Source: Octopus vulgaris (taxonomy: Eukaryota). Taken from it: 64,000 bases of DNA. How positions within the stretch are numbered: position 1 is the first letter of the stretch; every line of letters starts with the position of its first letter. The notes beneath the pieces were generated by a model. The model saw only the letters and a list, made by a program, of their open reading frames with translations, was not told the DNA's origin and did no database searches. The DNA lies in assembly GCA_951406725.2 (NCBI GenBank), contig OX597817.1, positions 67,952,001-68,016,000 of the forward strand. Reading direction: 5' to 3'. This document shows positions 41,214-53,764 of the stretch, piece after piece. The position numbers were made by a program, and so were the translations under genes.

Positions 41214-41612
41214 GATGATGATAATGATGATGATGATGATGATGATGATCAGGAGGAGCAGTCATATATCGAAAGATACCCAAACGTAGTCTGAATACTT
41301 TACAAAGGAGTGGAATCTGCTTGAAGCACCAAGAGTCAAGTGCTGAACCAGACTACGAGCTAAGACTTGAAATATATAAGATATATAAAGATATATTCAA
41401 TGACGTGCGTTTATGATATATCTCAATTATTGTTATTACAAGAAATCTCTGTTTGGTCTAACAGTCTCATCTTTTCTAATCGCAAGATATATATATATTA
41501 GAAGAAATGAGGTAATCAGAAGATCGGATGGTTCATATTTATAGATATTTATTTATATATTACATTTTTTACATATATATATCATATCATTCAGATCATA
41601 TCATTCAGATTA

Positions 41613-42015
41613 TTAGCGCTTTCTCCCATTCCAGTGGGGTTTTCAAATCAAATCAATTTCTTTGTGGGGAATTTGGTCATTTTATAGAGTTTTGTAGTAG
41701 TGGGGAGGAACAAGATAGTATAAGAGGGTGAGGTAGATGAGGAGGAAGTGAGAGAGAGAACATGTGTGTATATATATATATATATATATCCTTTCAGATA
41801 CAAACACACACACGCGCACACACACACGCGCGCGCGCGCACACACACACACACACACACATGCTCTCTCCCACTTTCTCCCCATTCATCATCCTCTTGTA
41901 CTATCTTATATTCCTCCCCACCACTGCACACTCAATAACACTATAAAATGGTCAAATGTTTCCTCAAGAACTTAGTTCAATTTGAAAACCCCACTAGAAT
42001 GGGCGAAAGCGCTAA
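41613..42015. mobile_element. Foldback MITE, ~155 bp arms around a microsatellite loop
   Basis: ttagcgctttctcccattccagtggggttttcaaat is inverted at atttgaaaaccccactagaatgggcgaaagcgctaa; inner arms also match. Confidence 0.8.
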
Positions 42016-42034
42016 CGTATGATATGTGATATAT

Positions 42035-42357
42035 GTCCCTTCGGTCACGAATGGCTGTGGGATTGCACCTAGAAAGTTACCCTCCCAGGCACAAGTCAGA
42101 ACAAGATTGTTTGTGGAAGGCTAGCAGTCGCCCATGCATACCCTCTCCACGCCACCGATGTTATCCAAGGGAAAGGCAAAGGCCGATACAGCTTGGCACC
42201 AGTGATGTCACAACTCATTTCTACAGCTGAGTTAACTGGAGTAACTGAAATAAAGTGTCTTGCTCAAGAACACAACACGCAGCCCGGTCCGGGAATCGAA
42301 CTCACAACCTCATTATCGTAAGCTCTACGCTCTAACCACTGAGCTATGCGCCTTCAC
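42035..42357 (-). mobile_element. tRNA-derived SINE (head similar to family C, different body)
   Basis: gtgaaggcgcatagctcagtggttagagcg...gagttcgattcccgg followed by gtgttcttgagcaagacactt. Confidence 0.85.
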
Positions 42358-42384
42358 ACTTGCTTAACTAGATATGAAATAATG

Positions 42385-42692
42385 TTCGTCCTTCGGGTTC
42401 GAAGATGACCACTGACATCATCTGGTGGAACTGCCGCTATGAGACCGGAGGTGGCTGGTGAGGCCAATCCGGGCCAGGAAGCCCCTCCCACAGGTGGGGC
42501 AGAAGTGGGTAGGGGCCGTGCTACTGGTGCAGGCGGCTCTGGCTTTCCGCATCTGGCGTTTCTGCTCTGCTGACCGAATCCGTCCCTCCTCGGCTGTCCC
42601 TGCTCCTGTAGTGATTGCGCTGCGCCAGGATGAGCGGTCGGCAGCAAGTGTCTCCCAAGTCTCTGTGCCGATGGAGAAGTCTTTGAGAGAGA
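42385..42692 (-). mobile_element. RTE LINE 3' end with C2H2 finger and 8-bp TSD
   Basis: Open frame LKDFSIGTETWETLAADRSSWR...CPTCGRGFLARIGLTSHLRSH...stop at 42418-42420; AAATAATG on both sides. Confidence 0.9.
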
Positions 42693-43041
42693 AAATAATG
42701 ATATAAAATAATGTCTAATTAAATGTCGAATATTGTTGACAGGTTGAAGTAGGGAAATATGATTAAAGAAATTAATATCTCAAATACACCACTTGTGTTA
42801 AAAAACTTTCAATTAAGTAATGGTCGATATTGCAAGTAGTATTAAAAAAGCCTGCTTAAAATAATGTTGAAATGAATAAAAGTATTAGTCAATGGCTAAT
42901 TAATTTAATAAGTCACTGACTAAGGTATTTAATTTAAAATCATTTATCTGCTCTCGAATAATGATTATTGATACACGTTAGATAACTCTTGCAATAAAGC
43001 ATAGAGTTATTTCCCTTGAAATGACTTTTCACTTATCTCTA

Positions 43042-43419
43042 TCTCTATAGTTTACATAAAGCTGAAGTTGTCTGTGTATGGTAGATTTGGTAGCCTTCAA
43101 CTAACACTATCTCCTCCTACGGCGCAAGTTGACCAAAATTGATAGTATGATAGATGAAGGCTTGCTCTTCCTTCCGTAAAAGAAAAAAATTCAAATCGGA
43201 CCATGTTAACACCAAAAATTATTTACATCAAAATAGTGCTTTTTTTTCTATGAAAATCTCTATTTTTTACGATTTTTGACTGCTGTGTCGCCATTTTTCG
43301 GTGTATTTCAACCAGAAAAATGTTCACTTAAAGAGAATAACAAGCTACATAATACTTTTCAAAAATTCCAATTCTAAAGGGTCGAAACAAACCCAAGCAA
43401 TGCCGGGCGATACTGCTAG
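43042..43419 (+). mobile_element. Non-autonomous Helitron
   Basis: A|TC 5' start, 3' hairpin CCCAAGCAATGCCGGG, then CTAG|T. Confidence 0.8.
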
Positions 43420-44617
43420 TTTTATGATATTTGTGATTTGATTAAGACTCAGAGTTAAGATATTATTAGGCTCACACATAGCGCAGTGGTCGTCCGCGTA
43501 ATAGAGCTACAATGCTCTTTGAAGTCTTTTCATAAACTTGAAATTCGGTGATAAGAATTTAACTTTATCCATTTGTTTTATGTTATAAAGTGAGTTGCGT
43601 TCAGACGAAGATTTTTGGAAAAATAAAAAACAACGAATAGAAATGCAGTTACAACCACATTTATGCATGAAAATAACAATTTCTAACTAAAACACAGTAC
43701 AATATGTATGCATAAGAATATTTGAAGAGAAAAACGTAAGGGAATAAATAAGAACTGCTATATCGATATACGGTATATTCTTTTCACATAAGATGTTGAT
43801 TAATGTGTCACGGATGGTAGTGAAGTGTGTGCTACTGGCAGGATGCAGGACACTATCTTCTCTCTTATAGTTCATCATCAGCAACAGCAGCAGCAACAGC
43901 AGCAACATCAGTATCTCTTTGAAAGGCAAAAATTTTTCAAAAATTGTTTGATGTTTATGGCACATTAACTCATGCAATTTTTATGTTACATTCACGATTA
44001 CGGTTATTACCATCAAAGACTTATTAACTTTCGTCTATCAGCGCCAAACCTTTAGCAAAATTCTTTGTTTTCATTTTAGGCAGAGTCGACGAAATTTCCG
44101 TATTTTCATCCTTATTCGCAACTTGCTTTTGTTCTAATAGCATTTGGTCCTCCTTAGGTATACTTCCTAAATAGAACACTAGGAACTAAGAGAGCAGCAT
44201 CTTCTGTTACTTCTTTAAACATTATCTCATTCATTCTACAATAAGCACAAGGCCTGAAATTTGGGAGAGAGGGCTAGTTGATGTCATCGACCCCGAAAGA
44301 TAACAGACAAAGTTGACTTCAGCGGAATTTGAACTCAGAAGGCAAGAACGGACGGAATGCGGCTAAGTATTTTGCACTGCGCGTTTACGATTCTACCAAA
44401 TCACCGCCTTAAAACCCCATATCATTGCAAATATTACACCATCTTTCCGAATTTGATGTAGACTTTCTGTTTTTGGAAAACTTGTAAAGTCACTGATACA
44501 GTCTTTTTCCAAGCATCATTGACTCAACTTTGTTAACGACAGCATCCATTATTTTCACTCTCTAGTTTCAGCTCAGAGCTGCGGCCATGCTCACGCACCG
44601 CCGTTTAAAAAGATATA

Positions 44618-44691
44618 TGGCCAGTATGGGGCTCGAAACCACGATATTCGCATTATTAGCACGACGCTCTAACCAACTGAGCGAACCGGCC
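44618..44691 (-). tRNA. tRNA-Ile(AAT)-derived sequence, probably a retroposed pseudogene or SINE head
   Basis: GGCCGGTTCGCTCAGTTGGTTAGAGCGTCGTGCTAATAATGCGAATATCGTGGTTTCGAGCCCCATACTGGCCA folds as a cloverleaf, but position 9 is C and G53 is T. Confidence 0.85.
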
Positions 44692-45290
44692 TTATACTGA
44701 AGTTCTCTGACAAGTCACTTAAGTATAGTTTTACTCTCCATTTGAATTACTTTCATAAGTTGTTTGAACGTTCTCAGATAATATGCCTTAAAGGTAGCCA
44801 TCCCACCTTGATCCACTGGCTGGAGCAAAGAAGTTATTTTATTAGGAATATATTCTACTCTCTCACTACCAGAAACCTGGATAATTCGGTATATTGTCTA
44901 AAAGGAGCAGTGCTTTGTTGGCAATCCGTTTAGCACTTTAAAGCAGCGAGATGGCAGAAGGAAAGAACGAGCGGTTTTTATGTTTTGAGTTCAAATTCCG
45001 CCGAGGTTAACTTTACCTTTCATCCTTTGCTGGATGATAAAATAAATACCAGTCAAGTACTGAGGTCAATGTAATCGATTTCCCACTCCTTTCAAAAACT
45101 GCTGGTCCTGTGCCAAAATTTGAAACCAATATTATGTCTGGCATTGCGCCTTTCTACAGCAGAACAAAAAAAAATGTCAGCAAACCACTCTTTACCATCT
45201 GCGCCTTCTTAATCGAACACAATCAGAAGTAAATTAAACTTTGTGTAACTGCTGAAAGCCCATAGATTTTCGTAGTGATAAACGAGCAGG

Positions 45291-45525
45291 AGAAGGCGGC
45301 GAGCTGGCAGAAACGTTAGCACGCCGGGCGAAATGCGCAGCCGTATTTCGTCTGCTGTTACGTTCTGAGTTCAAATTCCGCCGAGGTCGACTTTGCCTTT
45401 CATCCTTTCGGGGTTGATAAATTAAGTACCAGTTACGCACTGGAGTCGATATAATCGACTTAATCCGTTTGTCTGTCCTTGTTTGTTCCCTCTATGTTTA
45501 GCTCCTTGTGGGTAGTAAAGAAATA
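45291..45525 (+). mobile_element. Young family A SINE with 14-bp TSD
   Basis: GATAAACGAGCAGG at 45277-45290 and 45526-45539; splits the Tigger LLVYH motif. Confidence 0.92.
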
Positions 45526-45967
45526 GATAAACGAGCAGGGGCTTTAATTTCCTATCTCCAGCTTAATTTCCTTCCAGAGAAAGTGGCAAATGATTTAAAC
45601 CCCGCTGTTAATTTTTCTTCACGAGAACTAAAAGCTCTAGCAGGCATGCTCTTCAATAAGTATAGTTTCACCAACATTGTTGACACTCTCGTGTGTAGCT
45701 CTCTACCACAAACATTTTCTTCAGCTGCTCAAGTTAATTACGAGCAGCAACCTCGGTTTCATCACCGACAGCTTCACCAGTTATTTTCATGCTGGATGTA
45801 AAGTGGAAAATGAAAAGTTGAAAGGACGGATGAATGAGTTGGAAGGAGGAAAGTATGCTCACACTAAGTTGAAGGGTTACCAGGTACATAAGCAATTTGT
45901 TCCTTGCACCTCAGCTATGATCCATAAAAAACTCCACACTCTATTCTCTCTTCCTCTGTCACACACA

Positions 45968-46044
<77 letters not shown>

Positions 46045-46065
46045 TTTTTGTGTTGATATACAATA

Positions 46066-46780
46066 GGCGGCGAGCTGGCAGAATCGTTAGCACGCCCGGC
46101 GAAATGCTTACCGGTATTTCAGCTGCCGCTACGCTCTGAGTTCAAATTCCACCGAGGTCCTCTTCGCTTTTCATCTTTCCGGGTGCGGTAAAATAAGTAC
46201 CAGTTGAACGCTGGGATCGATATAATCGGCTTAATCTGTTTGTCTGCCCTTGTTTGTCCACTCTGTGTTTAGCCCCTTGTGGGTAGTAAAGAAATAGGTA
46301 TTTTGTCTGCCGCTACGTTCTGAGCTCAAATTCCGTCGAGTTCGACTTTGCCTTTCATCCTTTCGGGGTCGATTAAATAAGTACCAGTTACGCACTAGGG
46401 TCGATATAATCGACTTAATCCTTTTGTCTGTCCTTGTTTGTCTCCTCTGTGTGTAGCCCTTTGTGGACAATAAAGAAATAAGAAACATTAGCACGCCGGG
46501 CGAAATGCTTAGCGGTATTTCGTCTGTCTTTAGGTACTGAGTTCAAATTCCGCCGAGGTCGACTTTGCCTTTCATCCTTTCGGGGTCGATAAATTAAGTA
46601 CCAGTTACGCACTGGGGTCGATGTAATCGACTTAATACCTATGTCTGTCTTTGTTTGTCCCTTCTATGTTGCCTTTCATCCTTTCGAGGTTGATAAATTA
46701 AGTACCAGTTGCGTACTGGAGTCGATCTAATCGCCTGGCCCCCTCTCCAAAAATTTCGGACCTTGTGCCTAGAGTAGAAA
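46066..46780 (+). mobile_element. Family A SINE concatemer/nest
   Basis: Four bodies, including a gaaatag|gtatttt junction. Confidence 0.88.
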
Positions 46781-47199
46781 ACGATGTACAATGTATGTCG
46801 GCCACGAACATTGCTACATTGCTGCTGATACAACGGGGATTGAGTCAGAAAGTAACGCAATTTTTATTTGCATCACTTCTTCACCCACCCTTGTATTGTC
46901 AGTTATTCAAAAGTTATTGGGTTGGTTAGTTGGTTGGTAGGTGATGGTATTGGCTGTATTGGTTTTGGTGCTGGGGATGGTGATAGTGAGAGATATTATT
47001 GGTAGTGGCGGAAGTGATATTGCTCTTGATAATTGTATTGTATTTGCTGTTTAGTTTCAAGTCAATCTTCATTGACCTAAGATCAAAGATATTTCATACA
47101 ACTTTTGAAATACACAAGGGTATCACATTATCTTACGAGATTGTCTTTATTTTAGATGTATAGTAGTTGCTTATCTGATTCATAGTATTCTTGCTGTTG

Positions 47200-47231
<32 letters not shown>

Positions 47232-47339
47232 GGTGGACATTAAGGAGTTGGTGGGGTTGGTATTGGCAGTGGTTGTATTAGTTTTGCTTCAGATACTGGT
47301 TGTGTTGGTGATGATGATAGTGATGGTGATGTTGCTGGT

Positions 47340-47403
47340 TGAGATAGATAGATGAATAGATAGACAGACAGATAGATAGATAGATAAATAGATATATAGA
47401 TAA

Positions 47404-47435
<32 letters not shown>

Positions 47436-47436
47436 T

Positions 47437-47482
<46 letters not shown>

Positions 47483-47483
47483 T

Positions 47484-47516
<33 letters not shown>

Positions 47517-47537
47517 TAGATAGATAGATAGATAGAT

Positions 47538-47598
<61 letters not shown>
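47340..47598. repeat. (GATA)n/(GACA)n microsatellite
   Basis: Direct inspection. Confidence 0.95.
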
Positions 47599-47599
<1 letters not shown>

Positions 47600-47702
47600 T
47601 TATAGATACTTATTACGGTCGAACAAAATATACACGAACATATAACTATTCAAGGTGAAAAATTCATCTCACACATACACAAACACTTGCATAGACGCAC
47701 GC

Positions 47703-47787
<85 letters not shown>

Positions 47788-48841
47788 TACACATATGTTT
47801 CGTGATTATAATTTTTAACATTGTTAAATATGCTTTGATCTAAGCTAAAACGACGTGAAGTTGCCTTTTATCTATGAAAGTGTAGTTTTTATATTGTTAA
47901 AATTTATCAGAAATTTCAGACCGTATCCCAAAATTAGTGATCATACTTTACAGCTTCTGTTAGCGTGAAATTCTGTAAAATGAATTGGACGTAACGCGGT
48001 GGGATGTCTATAATTGCTACTGTTTAGTCATCCCCTATGTCATCTTTCTTCCCATAGTGTGTCTAAGACAAGGGAATCTGACTGTACCCAAACCTCTTTC
48101 CAAGCCAAATCCACAAAAATATTGATCTTTGCTCTGCAATTTAACGAATTATTTGTCCCTTTTATATGTATGGATACAGGCACGGTTGTGTGGTTCACAA
48201 ATTTGCTTCACAGTGTGAAACGCCTTAGGTAAATGTATACTACCAGTCTCCTGTTGAGCACAACCGTTTGTGTTAAATTTGGTACACAAGAAATAAGAAG
48301 ACGCTCGACGGATTAACTTTTAACTCAGATGGATTAGAGAATAAGGTTGCTGATATTCAACTTGTGGTCGGTGGTTCGTACTCTTCCTACAGTAGTACAT
48401 AGAGTCAATGGCTGACCCAGTTCGTCTAGATGTTAAGAAACTAAGTTTCGGAGAAAAACATTGTGAAAACACCTTTGTGATATGTCAGGAAAATGGTGGT
48501 GGTTTCTACTTCACTAAACTCTGGAACTGCTCATACTCCCCTACCAGAGGTCACGCAAGGAACCAGCCTCCTTAACTTCTACTATTCAGTCTTCTATTAA
48601 ACATTGTATTGGATGAACAATTTGGTAATTCCCTCCTCTCCAGGATGGCAACCTTATACAACATTCTGGCAGCGCACAACTTTATTGATTGACAAGGTAA
48701 TGAGGAGCCTCTAAGCAGTCGCTCGACCTGCTAGAAATAGCAAATCACACACTTGCTAAAAATTGAATAGTGTAGCCTCAGACACAGAGAAAGATAAAAT
48801 TATCTATTATAGAAGTGTCCTGGGGTCAAACAGCAACAGCA

Positions 48842-49200
48842 GTGGAGGCGCAATGGCCCAGTGGTTAGGGCAGCGGACTCGCGGTTTCGATTCCCAGACC
48901 AGGCGTTGTGTGTGTTTATTGAGCGAAAACACCTAAAGCTCCACGAGGCTCCGGCAGGGGTGGGGGGTGGCGACCCCTGTTGTACTCTTTCGCTCCAACT
49001 TTCTCTCACTCTTTCTTCTTGTTTCTTGTCCCCGACTTCCTACGCAACCGCTGAGCCTGGATGCGCATTCATCCATCCGTCGATGCTCTCGGTGTCGGGG
49101 GTTGATCTGCTTTCTCTTCTGCGGGTCTTACGAATAGCAAAGGACCATATTTCGGACTTCTTCCACTGGGATGAAGATCGCTTCGCTCAACAAACAAACA
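48842..49200 (+). mobile_element. tRNA-derived SINE family D
   Basis: A box tggcccagtgg, B box gtttcgattccc, GC-rich body, (CAAA)n tail. Confidence 0.78.
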
Positions 49201-50184
49201 AACAGCAACAGCAGCTGAAGCTGAAGCAGCAATTAAAAATCTGATTAGTATGGTAACTTCGTTACGTAATTGAGCTCCAATTTCATTTCATTTACTCATC
49301 GAATTTGTGATTTTCAGCCCTTGAACAATAACCATAACATAATTGTTAGGCTTTGCCAGGCTGATTTACCTTTGTCACACTACATGTAGACTTCATCTAC
49401 GTGATGATCGAATCTTCATGTAGAATGAACAGCTAAGGAATATTTTCATTCCACAGTAGAATGGATATCTTCAAATGCATGCAACTAAAAAAAAAAAAGA
49501 AAAAAAAAAAGATTCCTTTGAACGTCTCAACTATAGAATTCTGCATGTTATAGAGACACCGGCATCAGTCGATATTGATCCCAGTACATGGATGGTACTT
49601 TGTTTAATCGATTCCAGTTGGATGAAAAGCAAAGTTGATCTCCATGGGATTAAAAAATTCTGAAGGTGAAGGACCGGAACAAATCCGACATACAATTCTG
49701 CCAATATATTAACGATTCTTATTTTATCGATTTCACATGAATTAAAAAGGCAAAAGCCAATACTATTGGGCCATTCGAACATCGAACTGTCAGATCATTT
49801 TTACTGTCTTAGCTCAAATAAATTATTAAATTATCTCATTAGCATAATACTTCAAATATTTTGTCGATTAAATCAATCTCTTTACATGTCGAGTATTTAA
49901 ATTATCGATCCTTGTGAAATAAAAGAGCCCATGTCCTTCAGTTTGATCTGCTGGAAATAGCAGCACAGACATCCTCGATTCATGTGTAAAACGTTTAAAA
50001 CGAAAGGACATATTAGATAATGTAGTCCTGTTTATCCGACTCATCTCCACCTCTGACTCCCCCCACCAAAAAGAGACGGAATGGCCACGGTTAGAATGCT
50101 CTTGATCCTACAGTTTACTCGATCAGAGTTGACCTGAGGTTAACAACCACCAACGCCACCACTCCATCACAGGCATAACAACGG

Positions 50185-50224
<40 letters not shown>

Positions 50225-50316
50225 TACCACCACCAATACACCACTAGCATCGCCACCACTACTACCACTACCATCACCACCGCTGCTGCCACCGTCCCCA
50301 CGGCCGCCACCATTAC

Positions 50317-50545
50317 CTATTTCTTTATTACTCACAAGGGGCTAAACATAGAGGGGACAAACAAGGACAGACATAGGTATTAAGTCGATTATATCGACCC
50401 AGTGCGTAACTGGTACTTAATTTATCGACCCCGAAAGGATGAAAGGCAAAGTCGACCTCGGCGGAATTTGAACTCACAACGTAACGGCAGACGAAATACT
50501 GCTAAGCATTTCGCCCGGCGTGCTAACGTTTCTGCCAGCTCGCCA
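50317..50545 (-). mobile_element. Young family A SINE
   Basis: Full copy; CGCCACCATTACC on both sides. Confidence 0.9.
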
Positions 50546-51045
50546 CCATTACCACCATCTCCCTCACCACCATCAACCCCATCATGATCATTAGCATCAT
50601 CATCACCGTTACTATTATCACCACGAATTTCATGCACCACCACAATGATCACTATCACTCCATTACAATCACAATTCTCTAAATTTGAAATACTGTTAAG
50701 GAAGAGACAAGAGGACAATCGTGGACATGTTTCTGCCGCAGTAGACGTCGTGAGAGCAGTTACCTCTTGAAATTATTTTCCCAACTGATTTGGACCTGAT
50801 AAAATTTGCCCCCAAGTGATTGCTCTATCTCGCATAAAGGCGAAGTTAATTTCAATAAATCAAAAATTTATCTTATATGCTAATTAATGTATCCCTTTTC
50901 GTCTCCGTCATTCAGATATATGCCACTTGCCACTCTGAATTATATTTCAGCGACAGAGGTAGTATATTAATACTACCCCTGTCGCTAAAATATAATTTTA
51001 CCTTTGTCACACTACATGGAGAGGTAATATCTATCCTCACTTGAA

Positions 51046-51459
51046 TGTTCTGCTAGAACAAGCTATACTGCGGTAGATATCATAAGAGAAACTGTCATAT
51101 TGGATTATGGTGCAACATGCCAGACTGTTTATATCGCATGCGGGAAGATAAATCTCCGCCAGCTCTGACGCTGAGACCATCAGATCACGTGACTTCGACC
51201 ATCCTTGGCCTTGTCAATGACAGACGCTCGACCAGCGCCTGTTCTGGCACTGATTTTCTATAAATCACTAGCAGGGAGATGAATCGTTGCTATCTCTAGC
51301 GGTCGAGCGTGCATCATTGACGAAACCAAGGAAGGTCGAAATCACGTGAACTAGTGATCTCCGCGCTGCAATATAAACAAGCGTGCATTTTGCACCAAAA
51401 ACCAATATGACAGTTTCTCTTATGGTATCTACAGTAGTAAGGTTTGTTCTAACAGAACA
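51046..51459. mobile_element. Foldback MITE with long imperfect arms
   Basis: cataagagaaactgtcatattgg pairs with ccaatatgacagtttctcttatg; tcacgtgacttcgacc pairs with ggtcgaaatcacgtga. Confidence 0.82.
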
Positions 51460-53308
51460 GGGGACAAATATTAAGAGTTATTTCTCTTAGCTCAATTTCA
51501 TTTCATTATCGAAATTAAGTAGATCTTAAATGTGTTCCAGTCCTTATTTTTTTGCACATATCTTCTCCACTGGTAGAGCACTTGTTGTGGTCCCGATGCC
51601 TATTGAAACAGAAACATCTTTGCTCGTGTCTTCAGATTCCGACTGCTAATGAGATATATTGTGTTTTCAAACACAGCACGGCTATAAGAGATATTATCTC
51701 CAGACGAATATCGCAGTAAATGTGCTGTTTTGTGGTGTATTTACTTTAAGAATGATACACAGTTGGCTCTCTGTCTGTGTCTGTCTCGATATATATAAAA
51801 TAAAATTTCCAGTATTCATAGGAATCAGGTACTAAAGTAGTGAAGCACTAAGGTCCTATCGTGATGGCGCTATCGTGTACAAACAACATTTAAGCACGAA
51901 TACGTACTTACCAAAGTAAACACGGATTTATACTCCCGTTGCGCATACATTCACAAGTGACAGACTGAATACACTACGTGTCATAAATGCTATGATACAT
52001 GTATAAACAAATAATTAACGCGATCGGTAATTACGTCACATACAATAATTGTATCAATAAATTTGTATCAATAAATTCAATCACGTGTGATGATTATGGA
52101 TGATATATAGAAAGTTTACCAAGTATTAGAAGAGGTGCAACTTTGGTACATATTGTATACAAAGAGTATGACACCGAATTCTCTTTAAAAGATAAGTTTG
52201 CTGCCAAAGCTAACTTAAAAACCCAGATTTAATGTAAATTTGGAAATTGAAACCCATAAACCTATCATTGCTCCAAAAAAACCCAGACCTGGGTGGGAAA
52301 ACCCTTCAGTGGCATCCCTGGTTATGTTACGTTAATTCCTGTGTAGCAATCATTGTATTTTATAACGGAGAATAAAACGTTGCCTACCAGTTCATCCCAT
52401 TTCAAGTCGGATATCTCATTCCAACAGTATCTTTACTCACCACTCCGTTATAAGTGGTAACCCCGAGCTGAAATATCTTCGCTATAGAACTAATTCAAGG
52501 ATCCCTAGTTTATGGAATTAGGACTTAACGATTGATACACGACTGCAACTTTGTTGGGTTTGTGGGAAGACTGTTTAATTCAAGGTTATTTCTAAAACAA
52601 ATTTTTCACCGATTATCGAATAAAATCTGTTTCATTACGAAAACAGATTGCAGTGATATATGAGAGATTTAGCTGCTGTTTCTGTAAGGCCGAGTCACCT
52701 CATAGAAAGATGCCTCCTTGATCCAATTCGAACGGTCGGGTGGAGTCAATGTTGCTGTTGTCGTCATCGTCGCCAGAGGCGATCAAGCAGACATATTGAA
52801 AACATTCAACCCACGGAAAACATCATTTTTTCCTTTCACTCTTAAAGCATCTCGGAATAAATTAACAAATGTGTTTTTTTTAAATCTCGTAACACGTAAA
52901 TTATTAATATGCATAACAAATTATAGGCAAAACGAACGGAAGAGCTAAAAGAAAATTAAAAAAAGGATACAATCACAGCAAGATATTATAATTTACTGCC
53001 ATTCAAATGTAAAGAATCCTTAGAGAACGTCCTAACTTTTTTATTTTCTCGGTTTCCTTTCATATTTGAAGCGTTAATAATTATTAATAATTAAAACCAT
53101 TAATAATATGCGTTTATATGACTGGGTGTAATTGGAAGAGGAGTTGGCTGTTATTTCTGGCAATTCGAATGACCACCCCGAGGCTCCGTTCACAGCCTGG
53201 CACGAACAATCGAGAGTTGAATCCAGAACTCGTTGTTACAGTGCGTTTGAAAAGGAATGTTTTAAAACATTTAACAAGGCGCCAGACTGGGTAAATGTCA
53301 ACAGTTTT

Positions 53309-53372
<64 letters not shown>

Positions 53373-53764
53373 ATTGTTTAATAAATCTAAAACAACATAA
53401 CACCACCGCTGAGATAATAAATAACAGATGACTCAGAAACATTGTGCATCGGTAACTATGTATCGTAATATCTATCGTATTTATTCTGTTTTGTAACGAC
53501 GACTTCCTACGTCAAGTTTGTAAGTCTAAACTATGGAACGATATCGAAGGCATAATCGAAATTTTTTGTATTATGAAACAATTCTGAGGAGTATGCTTTA
53601 AACAAGCTTGACTATGGATCGACATCGACGCTATAATCACAATCGTTCACACAGTGAAGCAATATTATGAACATCTATAAATTTATGCACCAAAACAGAA
53701 ACAAGAATATTTATAAAACGTGGCATTTCCATAGGTCTCACTTATACTGAATACTGAATAAATA

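Larger units (their letters stand above)
43920..45800 (-). pseudogene. Tigger/pogo DDE transposase fossil interrupted by SINEs
   Basis: Collinear minus-strand motifs KITGEA, KSMPARAF, KLKPLLVYH, KALLLLDN, SLLQPVDQGGMATFKAYYLR, AWKK and FKEVTED, with stops and frameshifts. Confidence 0.85.

Noticed and set aside
44618-44691. Functional tRNA-Ile gene
   Set aside because: Substitutions at conserved positions, location inside a transposon fossil and fusion to a retro-tail argue for a pseudogene.
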